From a bacterium (GTDB lineage Bacteria; Cyanobacteriota; Vampirovibrionia; Gastranaerophilales; Gastranaerophilaceae), in assembly GCA_017444705.1 (NCBI GenBank), contig JAFSWA010000017.1:1-33625 (forward strand): 33,625 nt of DNA. Direction: 5' to 3'. Position numbers and translations under genes: made by a program. Below are positions 1 to 6,876 of the stretch, piece by piece. The notes below the pieces were generated by a model. The model ran no database searches. It was not told the DNA's origin and saw only the letters and a list, made by a program, of their open reading frames with translations. The stretch's first letter is position 1, and each line of letters begins with the position of its first letter.

Positions 1-2
1 AT

Positions 3-101
3 CTATATCCAAAACGCAAATCCGTTGAGTCAAAAGAACAAGTTTTACTGTTTACTAATCCCGAAACAGTAGGCGAGGTAACTGACTATCTCGATATATA
101 A
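3..101 (+). CDS. 3' end of an unidentified ORF cut by the window edge (...LYPKRKSVESKEQVLLFTNPETVGEVTDYLDI*)
   Basis: Only frame open to the window edge, stop TAA 99-101, followed by a hairpin/T-run at 174-208. No recognisable motif. Confidence 0.2.
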   Translation, partial: LYPKRKSVESKEQVLLFTNPETVGEVTDYLDI

Positions 102-173
102 ATATTTTAATAAAAATGTAGTCATTAAAATATAATTATTTTTATCTATAAAAACCTTATAATTATTTAACTT

Positions 174-208
174 TAGCCTTTATCTGCAAATAGGGAAAAG
201 GCTATTTT
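174..208 (+). terminator. Possible intrinsic terminator
   Basis: 8-bp stem TAGCCTTT (174-181) / AAAGGCTA (197-204) followed by TTTT. The loop is large (15 nt). Confidence 0.35.
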
Positions 209-220
209 ATTACAATTTAT

Positions 221-259
221 TTGCATAATGTTGCATAATGTTTATTTTTGATGTATAAT
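221..259 (+). promoter_or_regulatory. Sigma70-like promoter with tandem TTGCATAATG repeats, driving the HTH/recombinase pair
   Basis: TTGCAT (231-236), 17-nt spacer, extended -10 TGTATAAT (252-259). TTGCATAATG is directly repeated at 221-230 and 231-240, and a near copy TGTATAATG sits at 252-260. Confidence 0.45.
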
Positions 260-265
260 GAGTGT

Positions 266-448
266 ATGAATATAAAGGACTACTTGACAATTAAAGAGGC
301 TGCGGAACTGTTAGGGGTTGATAAGACAACTTTAAGACGGTGGGACAAAGCAGGAAAATTGACACCGTACAGGCATCCGCTAAACCGTTACAGGCTTTAT
401 AAAAAAGAAGAATTGGAACAACTTTTGAGAGGTATCAGGCATGAATAA
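266..448 (+). CDS. MerR/excisionase-type helix-turn-helix DNA-binding protein (candidate recombination directionality factor or regulator)
   Basis: LTIKEAAELLGVDKTTLRRWDKAGKLTPYRHPLNRYRLY resembles excisionase-family/MerR-like HTH domains, including the N-terminal HTH of IS607-type serine recombinases. ATG 266 lies 7 nt after the predicted -10, so the mRNA may be leaderless. The track start TTG 248 and ATG 251 lie inside the promoter. The stop overlaps the recombinase start. Confidence 0.75.
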   Translation: MNIKDYLTIKEAAELLGVDKTTLRRWDKAGKLTPYRHPLNRYRLYKKEELEQLLRGIRHE

Positions 449-1937
449 AGAAATTCAAAAAGTTGTTATATATGCAAGAGTTTCAAGCAAAGAACAGGAA
501 AAAGAGGGTTTTTCAATTCCTGCTCAATTAGAATTATTGCGGAATTATGCAAGTGTGCATAATATGATTATCCTAAAAGAATTTGAAGATGTTGAAACCG
601 CAAAATGTCAAGGCAGAACAAATTTTAATGAAATGCTTAAATTTCTTAAAAACTCAAAGGAATGTAACACAATTTTAGTTGAAAAAACTGACCGTTTATA
701 TAGGAATTTACCCGATTATGTAACAGTTGATGCCTTACCGCTTGAATTACACTTTGTAAAAGAGGGGTGCATAGTTTCTCCGACATCGCACTCAAGCGAA
801 AAATTTATGCATGGCATAAAGGTTTTAATGGCTCGTCAATATGTTCAAAATTTAAGTGAAGAAGTCAAAAAAGGTTTAACTCAAAAGGCTAAAGAGGGCT
901 TTGTTACAGGCAAACAACCTTACGGATATAAAAAACTTGATAAAAAACAATGCGTAATAGATGAACAAACCGCACCTTATGTAAAAAGAGCATTTGAACT
1001 TTACGCAGAGGGTAATATCTCATTGAGAGCATTGTCAAACAGACTATTTGAAGAAGGTTTTATATATAAGCCAAACACTCCAAAAGCCTATAAAACACAA
1101 ATTGAACACATATTAAAGAATAAGTTTTACTATGGTGTTATTGATTATATGGGCGAAATTTACGAGGGTAAACACGAACCACTTATAACAAAAGATTTAT
1201 TTGACCGCACTCAAGAGGCATTTAGAAAAGACAATAAACCAAAACACATGATTGCTAAAAACTTCCTATTTGCAGGCATGGTAAAGTGTTCAAAGTGCGG
1301 ATGCAATATTTCAGGCGAAATCAAAAAAGGTAAATATATTTACTATTCTTGTACAGGCGGTAGGGGTGAATGTGAACCACAACACATATACATATCAGAG
1401 GCAAAATTAGAAAAGCAATTACTACAAGCTATTTCAAACATTTCAATCACAAAAGAACATAGCGATTGGATATTACAAGCATTAAAAGACAGTTTCAAAG
1501 ATGAAAAAGCATATTGCGAAGAACGATTAAGCAGTTTGCAAAAACAAAAGCAAATCTTGAGAGATAGGATTGATAATATTTATCTTGATAAGTTAGATAA
1601 AAAGATTTCAGAGGAATTTTGGCAAGAAAAACACAATAAATGGACTCAAGAACTTTTAACTATACAAAACAATATAACCGCTTATGAAAAAGCAAATATC
1701 AATTTTATTGAACAGGGTGCAAACTTCTTAAAAATTTGCACCGATGCAGAGGACTTATATAAATATGGTGATAATTCCGAAAAGAAACAGTTGTTAAATT
1801 ATGTACTTCAGAACTTGACCATTGAGGGCGAAAACATACACTATGATTACAAAAAGCCCTTTGACATATTCGCCAAAGGACTTAATCGTAATAAAAAACT
1901 CCCCAGGCTGGACTCGAACCAGCAACCCCTCGGTTAA
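441..1937 (+). CDS. Large serine recombinase (integrase)
   Basis: Resolvase-type catalytic N-terminus VVIYARVSSKEQ, recombinase-domain GKQPYGYKK, Cys-rich zinc ribbon CSKCGC...YYSCTGGRGEC and a coiled-coil C-terminal part. GAGAGG lies 8 nt upstream of the ATG. The last 13 codons are antisense to tRNA-Asn. Confidence 0.93.
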   Translation: MNKEIQKVVIYARVSSKEQEKEGFSIPAQLELLRNYASVHNMIILKEFEDVETAKCQGRTNFNEMLKFLKNSKECNTILVEKTDRLYRNLPDYVTVDALPLELHFVKEGCIVSPTSHSSEKFMHGIKVLMARQYVQNLSEEVKKGLTQKAKEGFVTGKQPYGYKKLDKKQCVIDEQTAPYVKRAFELYAEGNISLRALSNRLFEEGFIYKPNTPKAYKTQIEHILKNKFYYGVIDYMGEIYEGKHEPLITKDLFDRTQEAFRKDNKPKHMIAKNFLFAGMVKCSKCGCNISGEIKKGKYIYYSCTGGRGECEPQHIYISEAKLEKQLLQAISNISITKEHSDWILQALKDSFKDEKAYCEERLSSLQKQKQILRDRIDNIYLDKLDKKISEEFWQEKHNKWTQELLTIQNNITAYEKANINFIEQGANFLKICTDAEDLYKYGDNSEKKQLLNYVLQNLTIEGENIHYDYKKPFDIFAKGLNRNKKLPRLDSNQQPLG

Positions 1938-1970
1938 CAGCCGAGTGCTCCGCCATTGAGCTACTGAGGA
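1899..1970 (-). tRNA. tRNA-Asn (anticodon GTT)
   Basis: Manual cloverleaf, 72 nt. Acceptor TCCTCAG/CTGGGGA (one G-U), D stem GCTC/GAGC, anticodon stem CTCGG/CCGAG with loop CTGTTAA, variable GGGTT, T arm GCTGG-TTCGAGT-CCAGC, discriminator G. CCA is not encoded. Confidence 0.93.
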
Positions 1971-2006
1971 TTATCAGTCAGAAATCTCTCTCTTAACTAT
2001 ACATTT

Positions 2007-2035
2007 ATTATAACAACAAAAAAATTCTGTGTAAA
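2007..2035 (-). promoter_or_regulatory. Sigma70-like promoter for tRNA-Asn
   Basis: On the minus strand: TTTACA (2035-2030), 17-nt spacer, TATAAT (2012-2007), about 35 nt upstream of the tRNA 5' end. Confidence 0.45.
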
Positions 2036-2190
2036 TACCTTTTATTAAAAATATGGTAACTATATACAATGTTAAACTAAAAAAGGTCAAAAATGTCATG
2101 CTGAAATTATTTGAATACTTTTTAGAAAATTTTTGATTTTGTGAAAAATATTAAATTTTTCGCTACATCTTCTCAATATTTGAGAATGAT

Positions 2191-2601
2191 ATGGAGTTCT
2201 TAGACGGTGTATTTACTCACTTGGCAATAGTAAATAATCCACGCTACGAAAGAGCAAATATCGTATTTAATTCAAAAACGGTAATTGCACCTATTGAAGT
2301 TGATATAACAAAAGAAATTCATAACAATAAAGAAATTCAGTTTTTATACGGATTAAAAGAGATATTAAGCAACTACAAAAACCCAACGCAAGAAGATTTA
2401 AAAGTATTGAACGGGTTGTGTGAGATATTTAACAGCGAGGGTGAGAATAGTCTGGGGGAGTTTAATACTGTTAATAATGGCGGAGATTTAGTTTATTTTG
2501 AGGGTAAATTAGGTTTTTGGAGAAGAACAGCAGATAATCGCCCATTTTTTTGCGAAGTTGAAATAAGAAACGGTTTGTATTATATCAGAGATAACCTATA
2601 G
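2191..2601 (+). pseudogene. Phage-like gene remnant, piece 1 (5'-truncated; the frame opens only at 2155)
   Basis: The ORF begins abruptly with ...THLAIVNNPRYERANIVFN. From memory this resembles the C-terminal region of phage prohead-protease/scaffold-like (XkdF/DUF2213-type) proteins. No SD, and the N-terminal domain is missing. Confidence 0.4.
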
Positions 2602-3200
2602 AAGTAAAAGAAGAAGATATACCTAAATTTGAAAGTAAAAAAGAATTAGGAAACTGGTTTAAAAAAATATTTAAAGACTTAGGTAATGTTACTATTGACG
2701 ATACGGGGATAAAAATTGATTTATATGCCGGAAATGCAGACCGTGAAGCATTTAAAAGACGTTTTCAACAAGAGCCTAATAAAGCAGTTGCAAAAGCTTT
2801 TGAAAATATTGTTAAAAAATCTATAAAGGTAGATGAACGGAAAAAAGATGAAACACATAAACATAATCAAGAGATATATTATAACAAATTAAAACTTGGT
2901 AAAGATAATTACGATGTTAATTTATTTGTTGATTATTTAGAACCTAATGAAGAATATCGTTATGCCGGACATAGTACAAAAAAAATAGATAATAAAATGC
3001 CCGCTCGTGATACGCAGGTGATAAATCACATCATGCTCACTAAAGCGGACAATATTATTGGTAACCCTAAGACTTCTGCTAATAATAGCAACCTTCTGAG
3101 CAATACCAACATATACTTTATACCCTATATTTCCGATAATTTAAACAATTTTTCAGATGCATTATATACTGCATTAGCAGAAGTATTAACGGAAGAATAA
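2595..3200 (+). pseudogene. Phage-like gene remnant, piece 2 (about 200 open codons, no start codon before 2997, -1 frame relative to piece 1)
   Basis: My own translation of the frame from 2595 to stop 3198-3200 shows no stop and no ATG/GTG/TTG until 2997. It overlaps piece 1 by 7 nt, consistent with one ancestral ORF broken by a 1-nt indel. Confidence 0.45.
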
Positions 3201-3204
3201 CGGA

Positions 3205-3230
3205 GATTCTGAAACAAGTTCAGAATGACA
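3205..3230. repeat. G+C-rich hairpin repeat unit GATTCTGAAACAAGTTCAGAATGACA
   Basis: 8-bp stem ATTCTGAA/TTCAGAAT with loop ACAAG. A near-identical copy lies at 8752-8777, and a related inverted unit with the same flanks at 13351-13375. Confidence 0.8.
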
Positions 3231-3311
3231 ATATTTTGGTTCGCTTTGCAACTCGTACACAATTTCGCTGAGCCCATCTTTATAATCTGACAATTTTAAA
3301 TTGGCGGGTAC

Positions 3312-3335
3312 GCAAAATAAATTTTGCTTTACTCT
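3312..3335. terminator. Possible terminator hairpin between convergent genes
   Basis: GCAAAA-TAAA-TTTTGC followed by a T-rich tract on the plus strand. Weaker in the minus orientation. Confidence 0.3.
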
Positions 3336-3366
3336 TTCTTTCTTCTGCTTCTGACCGGTAAATCAA

Positions 3367-4047
3367 TTAAAACAAGCCTAATTTATGCCCGACTTTATAG
3401 CTGTTTTCATTTACATATACGGGAACTTTTTTCATTCCTAAATCACGAAGTGCAAAGTACATACAATGTTCATGATGATTCGGTGAAATTTGTGCAAAAT
3501 CAATTGTCGGTTTTACGTTCTTTGCTCCGTACAGATTAACAAATCTGTCAAAATCTCCATAAAGATTAGAGTCTATAAAAAGAGCGGTTGCCGGAATTTT
3601 ATCTCCGCTTTTAAGCATAAAATCCATCTCTTGCTTGAAATATTTATTATAATCTTCTTCACAGCCTTTTACATTTGATTCTTTGGTACGATTTAAAAGC
3701 TTTTCAAATTCTTCAACATCAAGGTTAACTTTTGTGTATCCTCTCGGAGCATTTTCAATACGGGAAATAACATTTTGCGGATTAAGAAGTTCATCGTTTG
3801 TATGTTTTACAAATTCTATACCATAGCGTTTGCAATAGGCTTCAACATCTTTATCCTGACTGTCAGGAACAATAAGTATTCTTTCGGCAAAATAATTATC
3901 TCTTTTAAATTTATCTTTCAAGGTCATTAATGAACCTTCTGTGTACGGGTAATCTCCGAAAGCGGAAAATTTTTCAAAATTTGCATTTTTATCATTGCTG
4001 TTATATTGAACTTTGTATGTACTTCCAAGTGAAACTTTTGAAATCAT
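3367..4047 (-). CDS. Hypothetical protein (226 aa from MISKVSLGSTYKV...)
   Basis: Long ORF. The internal ATG at 4047 is preceded by GAAGGT. The track start at 4137 adds an implausible AT-rich leader. No recognised domain. Confidence 0.6.
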   Translation of the reverse strand: MISKVSLGSTYKVQYNSNDKNANFEKFSAFGDYPYTEGSLMTLKDKFKRDNYFAERILIVPDSQDKDVEAYCKRYGIEFVKHTNDELLNPQNVISRIENAPRGYTKVNLDVEEFEKLLNRTKESNVKGCEEDYNKYFKQEMDFMLKSGDKIPATALFIDSNLYGDFDRFVNLYGAKNVKPTIDFAQISPNHHEHCMYFALRDLGMKKVPVYVNENSYKVGHKLGLF

Positions 4048-4210
4048 ATTTTTACCTTCACTAAATTTGTTTAAATTAAAAATAAAAATTAAAAAATTTG
4101 CTATTCTCAAAAACTTTTTTAATAAATCTTTACACAATTATTTTTAAAAAAATGAACTTTTTAAATTTTATCTCGTTATAAATAATGTAGGAAACAGAAA
4201 GGATATTATT

Positions 4211-4573
4211 ATGTCAGAAGAAATTAAAGAAGAACAAACAAAAAAATGTGAATGCAAAGGGAAATGTGTAAAAATCTTTTTGATGAGTGTATTAGCTTCA
4301 TTTTTAGGGTGTTTGATTGCCTTATGTATTTTTAGTGCGGCAACAAAACCGAAATTCCCGCCTCAACCTATGATGCATGGTCCGATGTACATTCAGAATA
4401 TCGGTCATGGTTTTAACCCTCATCAGAAACATTTTAAAGACTTTAAAGGTCAAAGACCTGATTTTCAACAAAATTTCAGAGGACAGGATATTCAAAGAAA
4501 TTTTAATCAGCGTCCTGATTTTCAGAGGGGAAACGAGTTTCAAGGTTCTTACCCTCAAAGACCCCAAAGATAG
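4211..4573 (+). CDS. Small single-pass membrane protein with Cys-rich N-terminus and a Q/R/F/P-rich repeat tail
   Basis: AAAGGA SD. KKCECKGKC, then the hydrophobic segment IFLMSVLASFLGCLIALCIF, then a tail with QRPDFQ occurring twice. Confidence 0.6.
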   Translation: MSEEIKEEQTKKCECKGKCVKIFLMSVLASFLGCLIALCIFSAATKPKFPPQPMMHGPMYIQNIGHGFNPHQKHFKDFKGQRPDFQQNFRGQDIQRNFNQRPDFQRGNEFQGSYPQRPQR

Positions 4574-4590
4574 TAAAATTAAATTATATC

Positions 4591-4621
4591 AAAAAGCTGT
4601 CTAAAAGACAGCTTTTATTTT
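4591..4621. terminator. Bidirectional intrinsic terminator
   Basis: Stem AGCTGTCT (4595-4602) / AGACAGCT (4606-4613) flanked by an A-run and a T-run, between convergent genes. Confidence 0.75.
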
Positions 4622-5713
4622 TTACTCTTCTTTTTTGCTTTCTGATATATTTTTATCAATATGTTCCTGAATTTTCAGAATTTTTTCAAGTTCTTTTTGG
4701 TCTTTTTTGACCTGTTTTTTTGCAGTATTATAATATTCTTTTTCTGTTTTTTTTATGTAATTTTTTTCAGTTTTTTCTTTATTATTTGAAAATTTTTTAT
4801 ATTTTTTTTGTTCTTTTGTATATTTCTTTTTCGCATTTTTAAACAAAATTTCCTCATCTTGCTCTTTTTCAATTTTCTTTTGTTCTTTTTTCAATTCTTT
4901 TTGAGCTTGTTTTTCCTGTTTTTTTTCATAATTTTTTATATTTTTTTCATCAGATAATTTTTGAAAACTTTTTTGGAATTTTTCTTCTTCTTTTGCAACT
5001 TTTTTCAATTCTTTTTTATTTTTGCCAAAATCTTTTTTTTGGGCTTTAAACTCTTGTTTTTCATTATATTTGTCGATTTTTTCAACAAGATTGTCTATTT
5101 TATTTTCATCAACACTTTGAATTTTAATTTGAGAATCTTTTTCAAGCTCAATAGGTTTTCCTTTTAACCAAAACCAAAAAATTGAGTTATCATAAGCATT
5201 AGAAACTCCTGCCTTAAACCAGTTCGGGTGTTTTTTTCTCAAAATTGCACCTTTTGTGAAAAAATAAGCAATATCAACTCCCGGAGCATAGTATGAAGCA
5301 CCGGAAAAAACGATAATTTCTGTTGCTAAAATTGCAGCTTCCTTTTTATCAATAGGTTCATATTTCCTGACTGCCAAATATATATTTTCCGCCGAAATAT
5401 CATAAGGAACTTTTGAGTTTTCACTTGTAAAACTTTCTAATTTCGTCAAGATATAACCGCTTTTATGCCATCTTCTCTCTTTTCTTGCACAGAGTGTTTT
5501 TAATTTTAAAACTGAATTTTTCGGAATAACTATTTCTTTTTCCGCAACTATCTCATTAGAATTTTTTAAATAAACATATTCCGGAATATTAGACATTGTA
5601 AAGTCATGATTGATATTTCCTATTGTGTTCATCATATCTTTACAATAAGAAATATTGACCGTAAATACTAATATCAAGGCTGTAATTAGTAATTTTTTAA
5701 TAAATATCTTCAT
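4622..5713 (-). CDS. Secreted protein with a globular N-terminal half and a very long Lys/Glu/Gln-rich low-complexity tail
   Basis: N-terminal signal-like segment MKIFIKKLLITALILVFTVNISY. Roughly the last 160 residues are dominated by K, E and Q (KKEQKK, EKEQ and similar). Confidence 0.7.
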   Translation of the reverse strand: MKIFIKKLLITALILVFTVNISYCKDMMNTIGNINHDFTMSNIPEYVYLKNSNEIVAEKEIVIPKNSVLKLKTLCARKERRWHKSGYILTKLESFTSENSKVPYDISAENIYLAVRKYEPIDKKEAAILATEIIVFSGASYYAPGVDIAYFFTKGAILRKKHPNWFKAGVSNAYDNSIFWFWLKGKPIELEKDSQIKIQSVDENKIDNLVEKIDKYNEKQEFKAQKKDFGKNKKELKKVAKEEEKFQKSFQKLSDEKNIKNYEKKQEKQAQKELKKEQKKIEKEQDEEILFKNAKKKYTKEQKKYKKFSNNKEKTEKNYIKKTEKEYYNTAKKQVKKDQKELEKILKIQEHIDKNISESKKEE

Positions 5714-5725
5714 AAACTTAAATAA

Positions 5726-6052
5726 TTATATAATAAAAGAATAAATCATGCTCAATACAATACAAAAAATTTGTAAAAAACTGTAATAATTTTCTTTTTC
5801 ATAAGTGGCAAATTTACCTATAATAAATGGGGAAACAGCAAAAATTACAATTACAGCCTTATTTATTAAAGTTGGTGCAAAAATTCCGTACAAAACTCCG
5901 CTTAAAACATACAAAAGAAGTATCGCTCCTACAAATGTTACAAACAATGCCGTTTTTTCGGTTCTTTTTTGTTTACTGACAAATAATTTATAAATCGACA
6001 AAAGTGAAAATAACAAAATTGCAAATATAATAAAAATGATTTTTAAATACAT
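5726..6052 (-). CDS. Small integral membrane protein (about 3 TM segments)
   Basis: Strongly hydrophobic ORF. ATG 6052 overlaps the upstream gene stop (ATGTATTTAA). The track start 6058 is GTG. Confidence 0.6.
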   Translation of the reverse strand: MYLKIIFIIFAILLFSLLSIYKLFVSKQKRTEKTALFVTFVGAILLLYVLSGVLYGIFAPTLINKAVIVIFAVSPFIIGKFATYEKENYYSFLQIFCIVLSMIYSFII

Positions 6053-6876
6053 ACGCACTCCTTTTCCTTAACAGGAAATTCGACATGCGAATTTAAAAAT
6101 TCAAGAGCCTTATTAAATACAAATTCTTTTTCATTATCATACAAAACCATATGATAACTGTCATAAAGAATAATTTTTTCTTTTTTCTTGGATGAAATTT
6201 TATTATAGACAATTTCGGCAGACCTGACACTCGTTAAATCATCTTCTTTTGAATGAATTAAAAGAATAGGAGCTTTAAATTTTTCCAAATCCTTAATTAC
6301 AACATCAGATAGTTTTAAAAGTTCATAAATTCCCGTCATCGGAAAATCATTCATCCCGACATCCCCTTTTGCGAGCAATTTTTTAACAATATTTCTTGTT
6401 TTTGGGTTTTTAATTCCATGCGGTTCGCACTCCGGATAACAATAATAAAACCTCAAAATCGTAGAAAGTCCTATTGGAATTAAAAATTTATACCATGGTA
6501 ATCGCCAGCCGTCTAAATACAATGTTGTCGAAAGTGAGATGACACCATCAACTTCATTTCTGAATTTAATTCCGACCGCAAGTGCCAAAACTGCACCCAA
6601 ACAAAGACCGGATATAAAAACTTTTTGATATTTTTGTCTTAATGCAAAGAATTTTTCATACGCAAAATCAAGCCAATCTTGATATTTTACCGTATAAATT
6701 TCATTAAATTTTTCACCATGCCCCGGCAAGCATTCGGCAAAAACATCATAACCGCTATTATGCAAGAATTGGGCATATTTCTTCAACTCAAAAGGACTGC
6801 CCGTAAGCCCGTGAAAGAGCAATACAGCACCTTTTGGTTTATCCTCTTGGTGAATAAATTCAAAATCAAACGACAT
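6043..6876 (-). CDS. Alpha/beta-fold hydrolase (esterase/lipase-like) with Cys in the nucleophile elbow
   Basis: HGLTGSP oxyanion-region motif, elbow G-L-C-L-G (Cys codon TGT at 6601-6603) and C-terminal SKEDD...SYHM (Asp/His candidates). ATG 6876 overlaps the aminotransferase stop as TAATG. The track start 6915 is a TTG inside the upstream gene. Confidence 0.8.
   Translation of the reverse strand: MSFDFEFIHQEDKPKGAVLLFHGLTGSPFELKKYAQFLHNSGYDVFAECLPGHGEKFNEIYTVKYQDWLDFAYEKFFALRQKYQKVFISGLCLGAVLALAVGIKFRNEVDGVISLSTTLYLDGWRLPWYKFLIPIGLSTILRFYYCYPECEPHGIKNPKTRNIVKKLLAKGDVGMNDFPMTGIYELLKLSDVVIKDLEKFKAPILLIHSKEDDLTSVRSAEIVYNKISSKKKEKIILYDSYHMVLYDNEKEFVFNKALEFLNSHVEFPVKEKECVCI

Larger units (their letters stand above)
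1..1970. mobile_element. Right-hand terminus of an integrated element (prophage or integrative island) at tRNA-Asn; the body of the element lies off the left edge
   Basis: HTH/excisionase-like gene plus large serine recombinase abut and overlap the 3' half of a tRNA gene. The other boundary is not in the window. Confidence 0.5.

Noticed and set aside
221-262. dif-like Xer recombination site, because GCATAATGT matches part of the E. coli dif XerC arm
   Set aside because: Only about 9 nt match, and there is no opposing TTATGTTAAAT-type arm at the right spacing. The sequence is better explained as a promoter with direct repeats inside a mobile element.
3324-3678. Plus-strand track ORFs 3324-3539 and 3490-3678
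   Set aside because: They are antisense to the longer, better supported minus-strand gene 3367-4047. Their peptides are low-complexity and hydrophobic, and there is no SD.
4322-5167. Track ORFs 4322-4567(-), 4377-4604(+) and 4961-5167(+)
   Set aside because: They are alternative-frame or antisense readings of the two low-complexity genes. The F/L-rich peptides arise from the T-rich strand opposite the K/E tail.
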